Sequence record: PP496439.1
Direction: 5' to 3' (one strand)
Length of the DNA: 64,000 bases
Below are positions 53,901 to 60,867 of the stretch, piece after piece (within the stretch, counting starts at the first letter, position 1; the number at the start of each line of letters is the position of its first letter). A program made the translations under genes and the position numbers. The notes beneath the pieces are model-generated. The model was not told the DNA's origin. It did no database searches and saw only the letters and a program-made list of their open reading frames with translations.

Positions 53901-56670
53901 GGCGCTGACCCGACACAATGGGTCGGATCTGGTGAGCCAGTGCGGAGAAGTCGGAACGGATGAACGGAACCGGTGACACTTCCGTCTCGTCGTTGACCTT
54001 GACCGGGTTCAGCGAATACTTCGCCTGCTTGGCCGCTACTTGGGACTTCAGTTCGTCCTTGGCCGACTGGTCTGCATACTTCGCCATGGCAAAGATAGAA
54101 GCCACACCTTGCATACGACTGGTGACCGACAACACGTTACTGGTGCCGATGGCCTTCGGATCGCTGAGGACCTTGAACAACGCGTCCGTACCGTCTTGCA
54201 TGGCTTCGACCGCAATACGGCCAATGCCTCGGAGCATAGGGATATTGGAATCCGCAGTCAGATGGCTGAGTCGCAGGTCCTTATACACCTCTTCGAACGG
54301 GTAATCGCCAATGTCGATGTCCCGATCAACCAGACGCTTCGACAGCGAGGACACGGATTGCAGCACCTCGTGGATAGTTGGGTTGCCCCCAGCCGGGAAC
54401 AGGAAGTCTTGAACGCTCTCACCCAGCACGTCAGTCACTGTGGGGGGTACGTCGAAGTCACCTTCCTCGAAGTAATCCGTAACCTTCTTGCCCTTGTAGT
54501 TCAACCACGCGGTCAGCGAGTTACGCAGGTAGCCGAACGACAGCGACTTGGGCGCAACATACTGTTCCAATGTCTTGCTGTATTCCATGACGCTGGCCGG
54601 GGAATAAGCCGAGACGTCATACGTGACCAGTCCACCAGACGAAGTGGTGTAGCTGAGGATGTCCGCGCCCCAGTCAGTGAAGATGTAGTAGGAGCGTAGA
54701 CGGCCTTGAGCGAATTGCTTGATAACCAGATTATCCGTCTTGGCGTTGTCCGGGATCATGTACTGGTTCTGGATGCTGATCTCAGGAGTTTCCTGACCCT
54801 CAACCTCTTTGAACTTCGCTTTGACGCCACCCATGCCCACGTCTTGGCGGGTGTATTCGTTGTCTGCGAAGGCACCGCGATACGAATCCTCGATGGCCTT
54901 CTCGTACTGCGCAACGATCTGTGGATCAGCGGTGGGCACGAACACCAGGTCAGCATCGGGACCAACCATCATCTGGTCACCGTTCAAACGCGAACGCTGC
55001 GGCATTGCGCGGGTATCTGCGATTGCCTTGCCCACGGCACGATAGAACGATGCATCTGTCTTGGCGAACGAGTACTGCGCGTCAGTCATCTGATACGCCC
55101 ACTCGGCCACGTCAACCGGGGCGGGTGGAGAGTGCTGAGTCACGAACGCAGCCACGTCTTCCGAGATAGTGAACTCGGAGAAAGCAACAACCTCAGCGTC
55201 GCCCGCTTCACCGATGTTAGACAGACGACACATGAACGAGCGGGACTTCAGACGCGCCATCGCATCCTTGTAGTCCGCCTTGTCTACCACGTCAGTCTGC
55301 AGTGACGGTGGCACTGGCATCTTGTTGGACGTCAACCAGCCATTGAGGCGGGTCATCGGCGTGTTTTCCAGAAGCCAGTTGATGAAGTCAACCGGTGCCT
55401 TTGGCATGGTTGGTTCTTCCGGCGCGCCCGCAGTCAGGTTGCCGTCCAGCCCCCGGTACGCATGGTTCCAGTTCTTGAGCAGGCGCTCCAGAATCTTGCC
55501 GCCGACTTCCTGCCGCACTTTTTCAAAGGACGGTTTGTCTTCCTTCGAATAGGCGAAGATGATCTTGGCGACCATGCTCTCGTTGACATCAGACCAGTTG
55601 TTGTCGTAGTCCAGATCTTCGATGCGATACTTGCGCAGCACATCTAGCTGTTGCTGGTTGGTGAAGCTGCAATACATCACGTTCTCACCAAGGGTACGAC
55701 GCACGTACGGCATCTTACCGGCGGTGCCCGTGCCATTGAGGAAGCTTACCTCATTGGTGCTTTGTACGCCTGCATCACCACGGGGTGGTGATACTTCGAT
55801 CAGCAGGTTGAGCCCACCAACCAGTTCCTTCAACCCATCTTTCTCGAAGGCGAAGTCGTTCTCGCCCATCAAGATTTCCTTGTCGATGAACGGACTGTTC
55901 AACGCAGATTTGAAGTTGACAGGAATGCGCAACCGCATCTGGCGAGTCATGTCGTCCAACGCCAGCGGATCTTCCATGAACTTGCCCAGTGCAGTCTTGA
56001 GCAGTTCCAGTTGGCTGGTCATCAGTGCGTCGACCTTGGTCTGCATCCGGCTACGCTCGTCCAGCGGCAGATACACCATGGCATTTTGCAGGATCTTAAC
56101 ACGCGGGACAACGTAGGCCATGTCGATTCTGCTTTCGACGCAAATGCCGATTGCGTCAAGCATCTCAGGGACCGAGAATCCGGGGATGCGGGACTCTTTG
56201 ACGTTGCTGCCCATGGCCGGGATAGCCAGCGTGAAGTCACCTCGACCATTCGCCGTCACCTTGGTATACGGCGCCAGCGTACGCATGCCTTCCGACATCT
56301 CGTCCCACTTATCAGCCTTGATCGTAGCACTGTTGGCACGGAAGGAGGCCGGAGGGTTAACGCTGTAGTCCTTGAACTCCAGGCTTTCTTTCATGTCCTG
56401 CAACAGACGCTTGCCATTGTCGAACAACTTCGGCAGCTCGGTCTCGAACAAGTTCGGTACCTTGGACAGTTCGTCCATCAGCGATGCGCCGCCCACGGAC
56501 AGAACCGCGTACGCCATGCTGTGCAGGTCACCAAGCTTGTAGTCGTACGTTGCTTCGTAGTCTTCAGGCTCTTCAACCGGCTCGGCCAATGGTGCTGCCA
56601 GCGAGCGTAAGCGTTCCGTCTCTTCCGGGGCGCGACTACGCCGTTTTGATTTCTTGCTCATGGATTGCAC
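50911..56670 (-). CDS. Very large SNF2-like SF2 helicase/ATPase (1919 aa)
   Basis: DAGGGKT (I), LMMCPKNLI (Ia), DESQ (II), TGT (III), LSKKQMAVY, KVLIFC (IV), TGHNFQ (V), WSP...QGQSRLNR (VI). Confidence 0.85.
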   Translation of the reverse strand: MQSMSKKSKRRSRAPEETERLRSLAAPLAEPVEEPEDYEATYDYKLGDLHSMAYAVLSVGGASLMDELSKVPNLFETELPKLFDNGKRLLQDMKESLEFKDYSVNPPASFRANSATIKADKWDEMSEGMRTLAPYTKVTANGRGDFTLAIPAMGSNVKESRIPGFSVPEMLDAIGICVESRIDMAYVVPRVKILQNAMVYLPLDERSRMQTKVDALMTSQLELLKTALGKFMEDPLALDDMTRQMRLRIPVNFKSALNSPFIDKEILMGENDFAFEKDGLKELVGGLNLLIEVSPPRGDAGVQSTNEVSFLNGTGTAGKMPYVRRTLGENVMYCSFTNQQQLDVLRKYRIEDLDYDNNWSDVNESMVAKIIFAYSKEDKPSFEKVRQEVGGKILERLLKNWNHAYRGLDGNLTAGAPEEPTMPKAPVDFINWLLENTPMTRLNGWLTSNKMPVPPSLQTDVVDKADYKDAMARLKSRSFMCRLSNIGEAGDAEVVAFSEFTISEDVAAFVTQHSPPAPVDVAEWAYQMTDAQYSFAKTDASFYRAVGKAIADTRAMPQRSRLNGDQMMVGPDADLVFVPTADPQIVAQYEKAIEDSYRGAFADNEYTRQDVGMGGVKAKFKEVEGQETPEISIQNQYMIPDNAKTDNLVIKQFAQGRLRSYYIFTDWGADILSYTTSSGGLVTYDVSAYSPASVMEYSKTLEQYVAPKSLSFGYLRNSLTAWLNYKGKKVTDYFEEGDFDVPPTVTDVLGESVQDFLFPAGGNPTIHEVLQSVSSLSKRLVDRDIDIGDYPFEEVYKDLRLSHLTADSNIPMLRGIGRIAVEAMQDGTDALFKVLSDPKAIGTSNVLSVTSRMQGVASIFAMAKYADQSAKDELKSQVAAKQAKYSLNPVKVNDETEVSPVPFIRSDFSALAHQIRPIVSGQRQPDKKVDHVDAGGGKTLMNVLDCLYTLGQYYERGDLKGQQQKRPLMMCPKNLIKNYIEDITYLTQGSVNVIVLSTDVINRYGHDYMYNLIYNAPVNTLVLCDFDFPKNGQYSIQYGNTDLILSNNSELMRRFEWIYLSMDESQYLANLDSARSSSVRAQATLSDNLRQTTGTYVHGQLTDAAGQFSIMSPSTFGSKKDFIERYAAETFQGKPLSWKNNAERDVRTQMNSAADYVRVSRREWAALLPAATETFHKVSLSKKQMAVYQDILNDAVEAIMADADLMKKLKASDEGEENVANIEMLLRPYLQRLEMFISAPAHDKVGDKVLQGSDRISPKAKEIIRLFDEHSRDKTNGKVLIFCAYVASAQALHASLPPDLQKKVILYYAADKDKLLPKFEKDDSIIGLIGVETSLNTGHNFQFVNRLISTDSVWSPGEFEQGQSRLNRPDPKNKYGARSKIFFDRIIADGTIDVTKTARMMSKLLTMVRFQASDARYDKLPNLPLVSMTLDSIMDANKFGSEDDQGSLFSYVDAYGQYTKIRRDEYADFLKTYDGPTKAKEIPTAGNLPGSALITVPYTSNMQLPFTDALGIIPVSDWLADNDLTADEADMKGLQVHTEYGDGEVISSGKNTLKVKIKEIGTVSVNKLAVFVILKPNKVTVRQRLAEMVGMPERATQYSTPESDPVVEEPEEDDTEEPEDAPAPIPDAPVKKAVVERNRDLDGEIYVYPGVLNNMIQLALDREDPDVTDKMATQLGFRETGKFIYAIVPTYRALSSVIDKLKENFEVQPRYLKDLESALAAFTQGKRRLLNFEAALDTDVRNFHLDRKRAVPKGELRPYVMFYEGECWILVDMTKQPSAVQVRRKVIVPTVKWESSDSEWFILSNSKAEAKAELDAIVRSGVSVGNYDEVMETIKSLTLRTKKRTPAAKVNTEVTGKTIRRFQTKSGTRFIALVKTKAGYVLETQDGNTDLGKISEAAAGRALAKAVKAETKWKLREVA

Positions 56671-56671
56671 C

Positions 56672-57148
56672 TTACTTGACTAAGCCGTTGTTGTTGACCA
56701 GTAGATCCCAGTACGGAATCGGCGGGGTGATCTTGCGGCGCTGGAAGAAAACCAGAATGGTCTTGGCCACCTTGATGCGGTCGTAGGGCTTCAACCCTTC
56801 GATGAGCGTGGGACCGTACAGCGTCTCCGCCAGATTGCTAGCTTCCCGATCCGTGTAGCCATCGAGGTTGGTGCCGATGACCGTACACAATCGATCAACT
56901 GGCATGTCCAAACCTTTTTCGTACAGCTGGACGTGCATCTCGTTGATCTGCCCGCGAAGACGACGCAGCGTGTTGTACAACTGCGTGATCTGCTGGGCGT
57001 TGAGCTGGGGCACGTCCATGGTGCCTGAATCATCGGCGCCGGGGATAGGGGCCACCAGATTCTCAGCGATGGTCACATCCTTGATCAGCCTGTCGTACTG
57101 GTCAAGCATGGTGACGCTGATACTCTTGATTCCTTTACCTTTGTTCAT
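56672..57148 (-). CDS. Hypothetical protein (158 aa)
   Basis: ORF abutting the helicase start. Confidence 0.7.
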   Translation of the reverse strand: MNKGKGIKSISVTMLDQYDRLIKDVTIAENLVAPIPGADDSGTMDVPQLNAQQITQLYNTLRRLRGQINEMHVQLYEKGLDMPVDRLCTVIGTNLDGYTDREASNLAETLYGPTLIEGLKPYDRIKVAKTILVFFQRRKITPPIPYWDLLVNNNGLVK

Positions 57149-57195
57149 ACTAGTGCTGCTCCTACTCTCGAATTGGCATGTGTCAATACGGCTAT

Positions 57196-57606
57196 TTACC
57201 GTTTGTTTTGCCGTGCGATCTTCTTCCGCTGCTCATCTTTATATAGGTGACCATGCAGGAAATTCTTGGAATGACACGCGGGGCATAACGGGATCAGGTT
57301 GGACTTGCTGTCGGTGCCGCCACGGGATGCCTGCTTGATATGGTGCAGCGCGAGCCGCCCACCGTCAGGGATCTTGCTCTGGTGAATGCCACAGCGACCG
57401 CAGCAGTTGTTGAAGACCGCTTTGACTTCCTTCTTACGGTCCTTCCACTCGTCCGTCTTGAGCCCGCCCAAGTACGTTGCCTTCTTGGCTCGCTTGACGA
57501 TACCGGTCTTGCTGATACCCGAACCAGTCGATGGGCGTGCAATCTTGATGCCCGGCTTGCCCGGTTTACGGGGGCCACTGATCCGGGCACGGGGCGGCGT
57601 TTTCAT
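57196..57606 (-). CDS. HNH endonuclease
   Basis: CGRCG...LHHIKQASRGGTDSKSNLIPLCPACH. Confidence 0.9.
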   Translation of the reverse strand: MKTPPRARISGPRKPGKPGIKIARPSTGSGISKTGIVKRAKKATYLGGLKTDEWKDRKKEVKAVFNNCCGRCGIHQSKIPDGGRLALHHIKQASRGGTDSKSNLIPLCPACHSKNFLHGHLYKDEQRKKIARQNKR

Positions 57607-57609
57607 AGC

Positions 57610-58359
57610 TTACTCCAGAAACGATTTCAAGTCAACGTTGATCTTCCCGTACATTTCCTCGGTCTTCTTACCCATGTCGCGGAAACATTGCAGCACGGCG
57701 TCTTCAACCTTGGCCCAACGCTTGTCCTTGATATGCGGTGCCAGTGCAGTCTTCAGCATGTTGGCCTGACTCACGTACATGTGCGCGAAACCGATGAAGA
57801 TCGGGTACATCACCTTCTCGCTGATGTTGGCCGCGAGGTTGCTTTGCTCCTGATTCGCCTGCATGTCGTTGATCAGTTCGCGGATCGAGTTGATCATGGC
57901 GTTCAGAGAATAGACAGCGGACTGCGAGCCTTCCGTGTTCCGTACCCGGAGTTCGAGGATGGGAACCATGTCGATCAAGGTGATCAGCATGCGTACCTGG
58001 AACATGGAAAAACCCCGATCTTTTTCCTCAGCGGACGAGATCAGGGACATGATTTTGCTTGAATCGGTGCCGAAGATAGACTCCAGCATTTCCGGGTCAA
58101 CCTCCAGTTCACCACCTTCCGCCATGGAAGTTTTCATCTTCACCAAGTAATCCCGAAGGTCATCCGGGTTCTTACTGGATACAACGTCAACCCCGGTGAA
58201 CCCGCAGGCATCACATACGGGATCATCGTTGAGTATCTCGGAGGACAACTCATCTGGTGCACGGCATTTGGTACACCGGCACTTGTATGTATCTTTGGTC
58301 AAAGTCTTCACGACACGGAACGCGCCGTAGGTGGCCTTCACCTTGATTGGATCAGCCAT
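57610..58359 (-). CDS. Hypothetical protein with N-terminal zinc ribbon
   Basis: CTKC...CDAC followed by a helical domain. Confidence 0.7.
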   Translation of the reverse strand: MADPIKVKATYGAFRVVKTLTKDTYKCRCTKCRAPDELSSEILNDDPVCDACGFTGVDVVSSKNPDDLRDYLVKMKTSMAEGGELEVDPEMLESIFGTDSSKIMSLISSAEEKDRGFSMFQVRMLITLIDMVPILELRVRNTEGSQSAVYSLNAMINSIRELINDMQANQEQSNLAANISEKVMYPIFIGFAHMYVSQANMLKTALAPHIKDKRWAKVEDAVLQCFRDMGKKTEEMYGKINVDLKSFLE

Positions 58360-58759
58360 GGTTGAGCACCTCTAATACATTCACGGTAGACAGGAAGTGT
58401 TTGGTCGGCGGGTTGGTCTGGAACAAGCTAAGCATCTGTGGCTGGATCCACAGGAACCTGTCGTGTTCGTCGTTCAAAGTGATGGGTGGCACATGAGTCA
58501 GATTAATCAGGACGTACACCCGGTCGGCATCCAGCTTATCCGCCTTGATGCGTTTCCACGGCTCGCTCTTGATCGTGTGCCAGCCCAACTCCTCTGCCAG
58601 TTCCCTGCGCAATGCGACCGCTGCCTTCTCCCCCGAGTCCAACCGACCACCGGGGAGATTCCACGTTCCTGCGTTATTCACCTTAGCGCTGCGGCGTGCC
58701 AGTAGCACATCGCCTGTTGCAGTGTTTCGAATGATGGCGTACACGCCGCGCTTTTCCAT
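58352..58759 (-). CDS. NUDIX hydrolase
   Basis: Nudix box GGRLDSGEKAAVALRRELAEELG. Confidence 0.92.
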   Translation of the reverse strand: MEKRGVYAIIRNTATGDVLLARRSAKVNNAGTWNLPGGRLDSGEKAAVALRRELAEELGWHTIKSEPWKRIKADKLDADRVYVLINLTHVPPITLNDEHDRFLWIQPQMLSLFQTNPPTKHFLSTVNVLEVLNHG

Positions 58760-58765
58760 ACCTAC

Positions 58766-59914
58766 TTATCCTTGACGTGAAGCCCATGCTTCCAGAATCT
58801 TTTCCGCTTGCTCCGCTACATCACCTGCGAACTTCGGATTGGGTTTCTGTTGCTTCGAGCTCTTGACAGCCCACTGACCAATCTGAATCGTCGGACACGC
58901 TGGAACACCGGTCTCTTGGGTGGAGGCCATGAGTTGTGCAAACTCGACTGTCCCATTTACTGCTTTGTTCAAGACTTCACGTGCGAAGCTGTTCAGACGC
59001 TCCGCTGAAGCAGTGCCGGCCTTGAACGCCATGGTGACGATGAACGACGTAGTGCTCTTGTCCACCGCGATGACAAGCGGCAGGGTATCCGTGATGCTAC
59101 CTGAGGCGCTGGAAGCCGTAATGCGCTGCACGTCACCGCTGGCCAGACCCTTGAGTGCGTCCAGCTCTTTCTTGCCGAGTGAAGTCATGGCCGCTTTGAT
59201 CTTGTCAAGGCTGGTGTAGTCTTCGATGCGGAACGTGGACTTGTCTTTCAGCAGGGTGAACTCCTTGCGGAATCCGGTCTTGGAGCCGATGTAGATGGCG
59301 AACGTGTCGTCTTCGTACGAACGGTACACCGCGTAGTTCTTGTCGCCGGGGTCTGCGAAGAAGAACTGGTGAATGACACCCCGCGCCGAGTCCAGCGTGC
59401 CCTTGGCGACTTCCTTGAACTGCAACGTCTTGACCAGTTCGGAGAACGCCTTGCGCAGCTTGCCGTACGTACTGTCTTCATCGCCGTACAGAATGAACAC
59501 GTCTTTGCCGTTGGGGCTGGCCTTCACCTTGTCCAATCCGAGCGATTCGGTGAGCTGATCCACGTAGCGTCTGACCACGGTGCTGCGGCCAGTGTCCGGG
59601 TTGAGCTTCTCGAAGTCCTCCGGCACTACCCACTTGGAGAGCTGGCTGGCCGGGATCGGTTTGGTACGGGCGGTGAGAATGGCAGCGCGGCCGATGATGC
59701 CAGACATATTCATCATGGCGTAGTACATTGCCACGTCATCATCGTCGAACAGCACCTTGATGCTGTCTTTGCCCCGGTACTTGGAAAACTCTGTGATCAC
59801 CACAGTGTAGTAATACGGGTCGCTCTTATCACCGTAGTTGACGATGATGCGGTCATTGATCTTTACGGGTGGGAGAGCCGCAGCCACCACGATTTCTGCA
59901 TGTACTAGGGGCAT
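58766..59914 (-). CDS. Hypothetical protein with N-terminal Tudor-like domain
   Basis: NDRIIVNYGDKSDPYYY...VLFDDDDV; paralogous to 41118..41939. Confidence 0.75.
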   Translation of the reverse strand: MPLVHAEIVVAAALPPVKINDRIIVNYGDKSDPYYYTVVITEFSKYRGKDSIKVLFDDDDVAMYYAMMNMSGIIGRAAILTARTKPIPASQLSKWVVPEDFEKLNPDTGRSTVVRRYVDQLTESLGLDKVKASPNGKDVFILYGDEDSTYGKLRKAFSELVKTLQFKEVAKGTLDSARGVIHQFFFADPGDKNYAVYRSYEDDTFAIYIGSKTGFRKEFTLLKDKSTFRIEDYTSLDKIKAAMTSLGKKELDALKGLASGDVQRITASSASGSITDTLPLVIAVDKSTTSFIVTMAFKAGTASAERLNSFAREVLNKAVNGTVEFAQLMASTQETGVPACPTIQIGQWAVKSSKQQKPNPKFAGDVAEQAEKILEAWASRQG

Positions 59915-59952
59915 GATTTATTACCTTGAGTTGCGTGTCCACATGCGTTAAA

Positions 59953-60501
59953 TTAGACAGGCGGGAAAGTGAAGGCCGTGTGGCGGGTTACTTCAGAGCC
60001 ACTGGCATTGATGGCGTCATCGATGAATGACAAGACCTCCCAGTCACGGTCTTCCGCATACCGGGTCAGCGTGATTCGGGCCAGATCGGGAAGGGATACC
60101 GGCGGACATTCAACCTCACTCAGTGGATCCGTTTGGGACACTGCACCCTGTAGCTCGTCAACCACCATCACGACGCCTGTGATGTTACCGCTGGCGTGCA
60201 TGTTCAGTAGGATGTCTACTAAGGTGCCTATGACGCGTGCCTGATCGTCTCGGTCCGCCATCAAGGCCATTACCACATTGCCGTAGGTTTCAGGGATCGA
60301 CAGGTTCCACACGGTGTCCAGCGGGTATGCCGGGGTAGGATCGATCAGCAGGTCAGCGTCCACTCGATCTAGATCGATGCGAAACTGCGGCATGTTAGGC
60401 AGCGCTACCGTGGCCTGCATTTTGTTGGGCGCCTGCAGTGACCAGTTCCACTGCAAGGGCTCGAAATAGGACAACACAACCTGTTTGGCTTGTTTAATCA
60501 T
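59953..60501 (-). CDS. Hypothetical protein (182 aa)
   Basis: ORF after a terminator, GAGG upstream. Confidence 0.7.
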   Translation of the reverse strand: MIKQAKQVVLSYFEPLQWNWSLQAPNKMQATVALPNMPQFRIDLDRVDADLLIDPTPAYPLDTVWNLSIPETYGNVVMALMADRDDQARVIGTLVDILLNMHASGNITGVVMVVDELQGAVSQTDPLSEVECPPVSLPDLARITLTRYAEDRDWEVLSFIDDAINASGSEVTRHTAFTFPPV

Positions 60502-60523
60502 TGGAATGTCACCTCACACATAC

Positions 60524-60555
60524 AAAAATGGGGGATGAACGTGTCATCCCCCATT
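60524..60555 (-). terminator. Intrinsic terminator
   Basis: 12-bp stem AATGGGGGATGA/TCATCCCCCATT plus U tract. Confidence 0.75.
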
Positions 60556-60578
60556 GGGTGCTTCGTCTGCGCTACCGA

Positions 60579-60851
60579 TTAACGGTCGCCCAGTTTGATC
60601 TTGACTGGAGCACCAACCTTGCTACGTTTGCGAGTGACGCGCAGGTCACCCTTGGCTTTCCGCGAGCGGCGCAGCTTGGCCCGTTTCAGGATCTCGGACT
60701 TGTTCTTGCGGTAGTACTGCTTGCTCGCCAGCTTGCGGGCAGCTTTGTTCTTGCGAGCTTCCATCAGCGCCTTTTTGCGCTCAGCGGCAGTACGGGGTTT
60801 GGTACGACGGGTCAGGCCATTGCCTTTCAGCTTCAACCGTTTCATAGCCAT
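60579..60851 (-). CDS. Small, very basic protein (36 K+R of 90 aa), putative DNA-condensing protein
   Basis: Composition; RBS GGAGAG; own terminator. Confidence 0.75.
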   Translation of the reverse strand: MAMKRLKLKGNGLTRRTKPRTAAERKKALMEARKNKAARKLASKQYYRKNKSEILKRAKLRRSRKAKGDLRVTRKRSKVGAPVKIKLGDR

Positions 60852-60867
60852 GGTGGTATCTCTCCAG

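Noticed and set aside
50911-56670. Intein or intron explaining the size of the helicase (also RecA and ligase)
   Set aside because: No C/S-start...HN-C/S/T splice signature or LAGLIDADG block noticed, and the helicase motifs are normally spaced.
57196-57606. HNH gene as a mobile intron or homing element
   Set aside because: Free-standing, in operon orientation, and not interrupting any gene. A terminase-accessory or other nuclease role is equally likely, so it is not called mobile.
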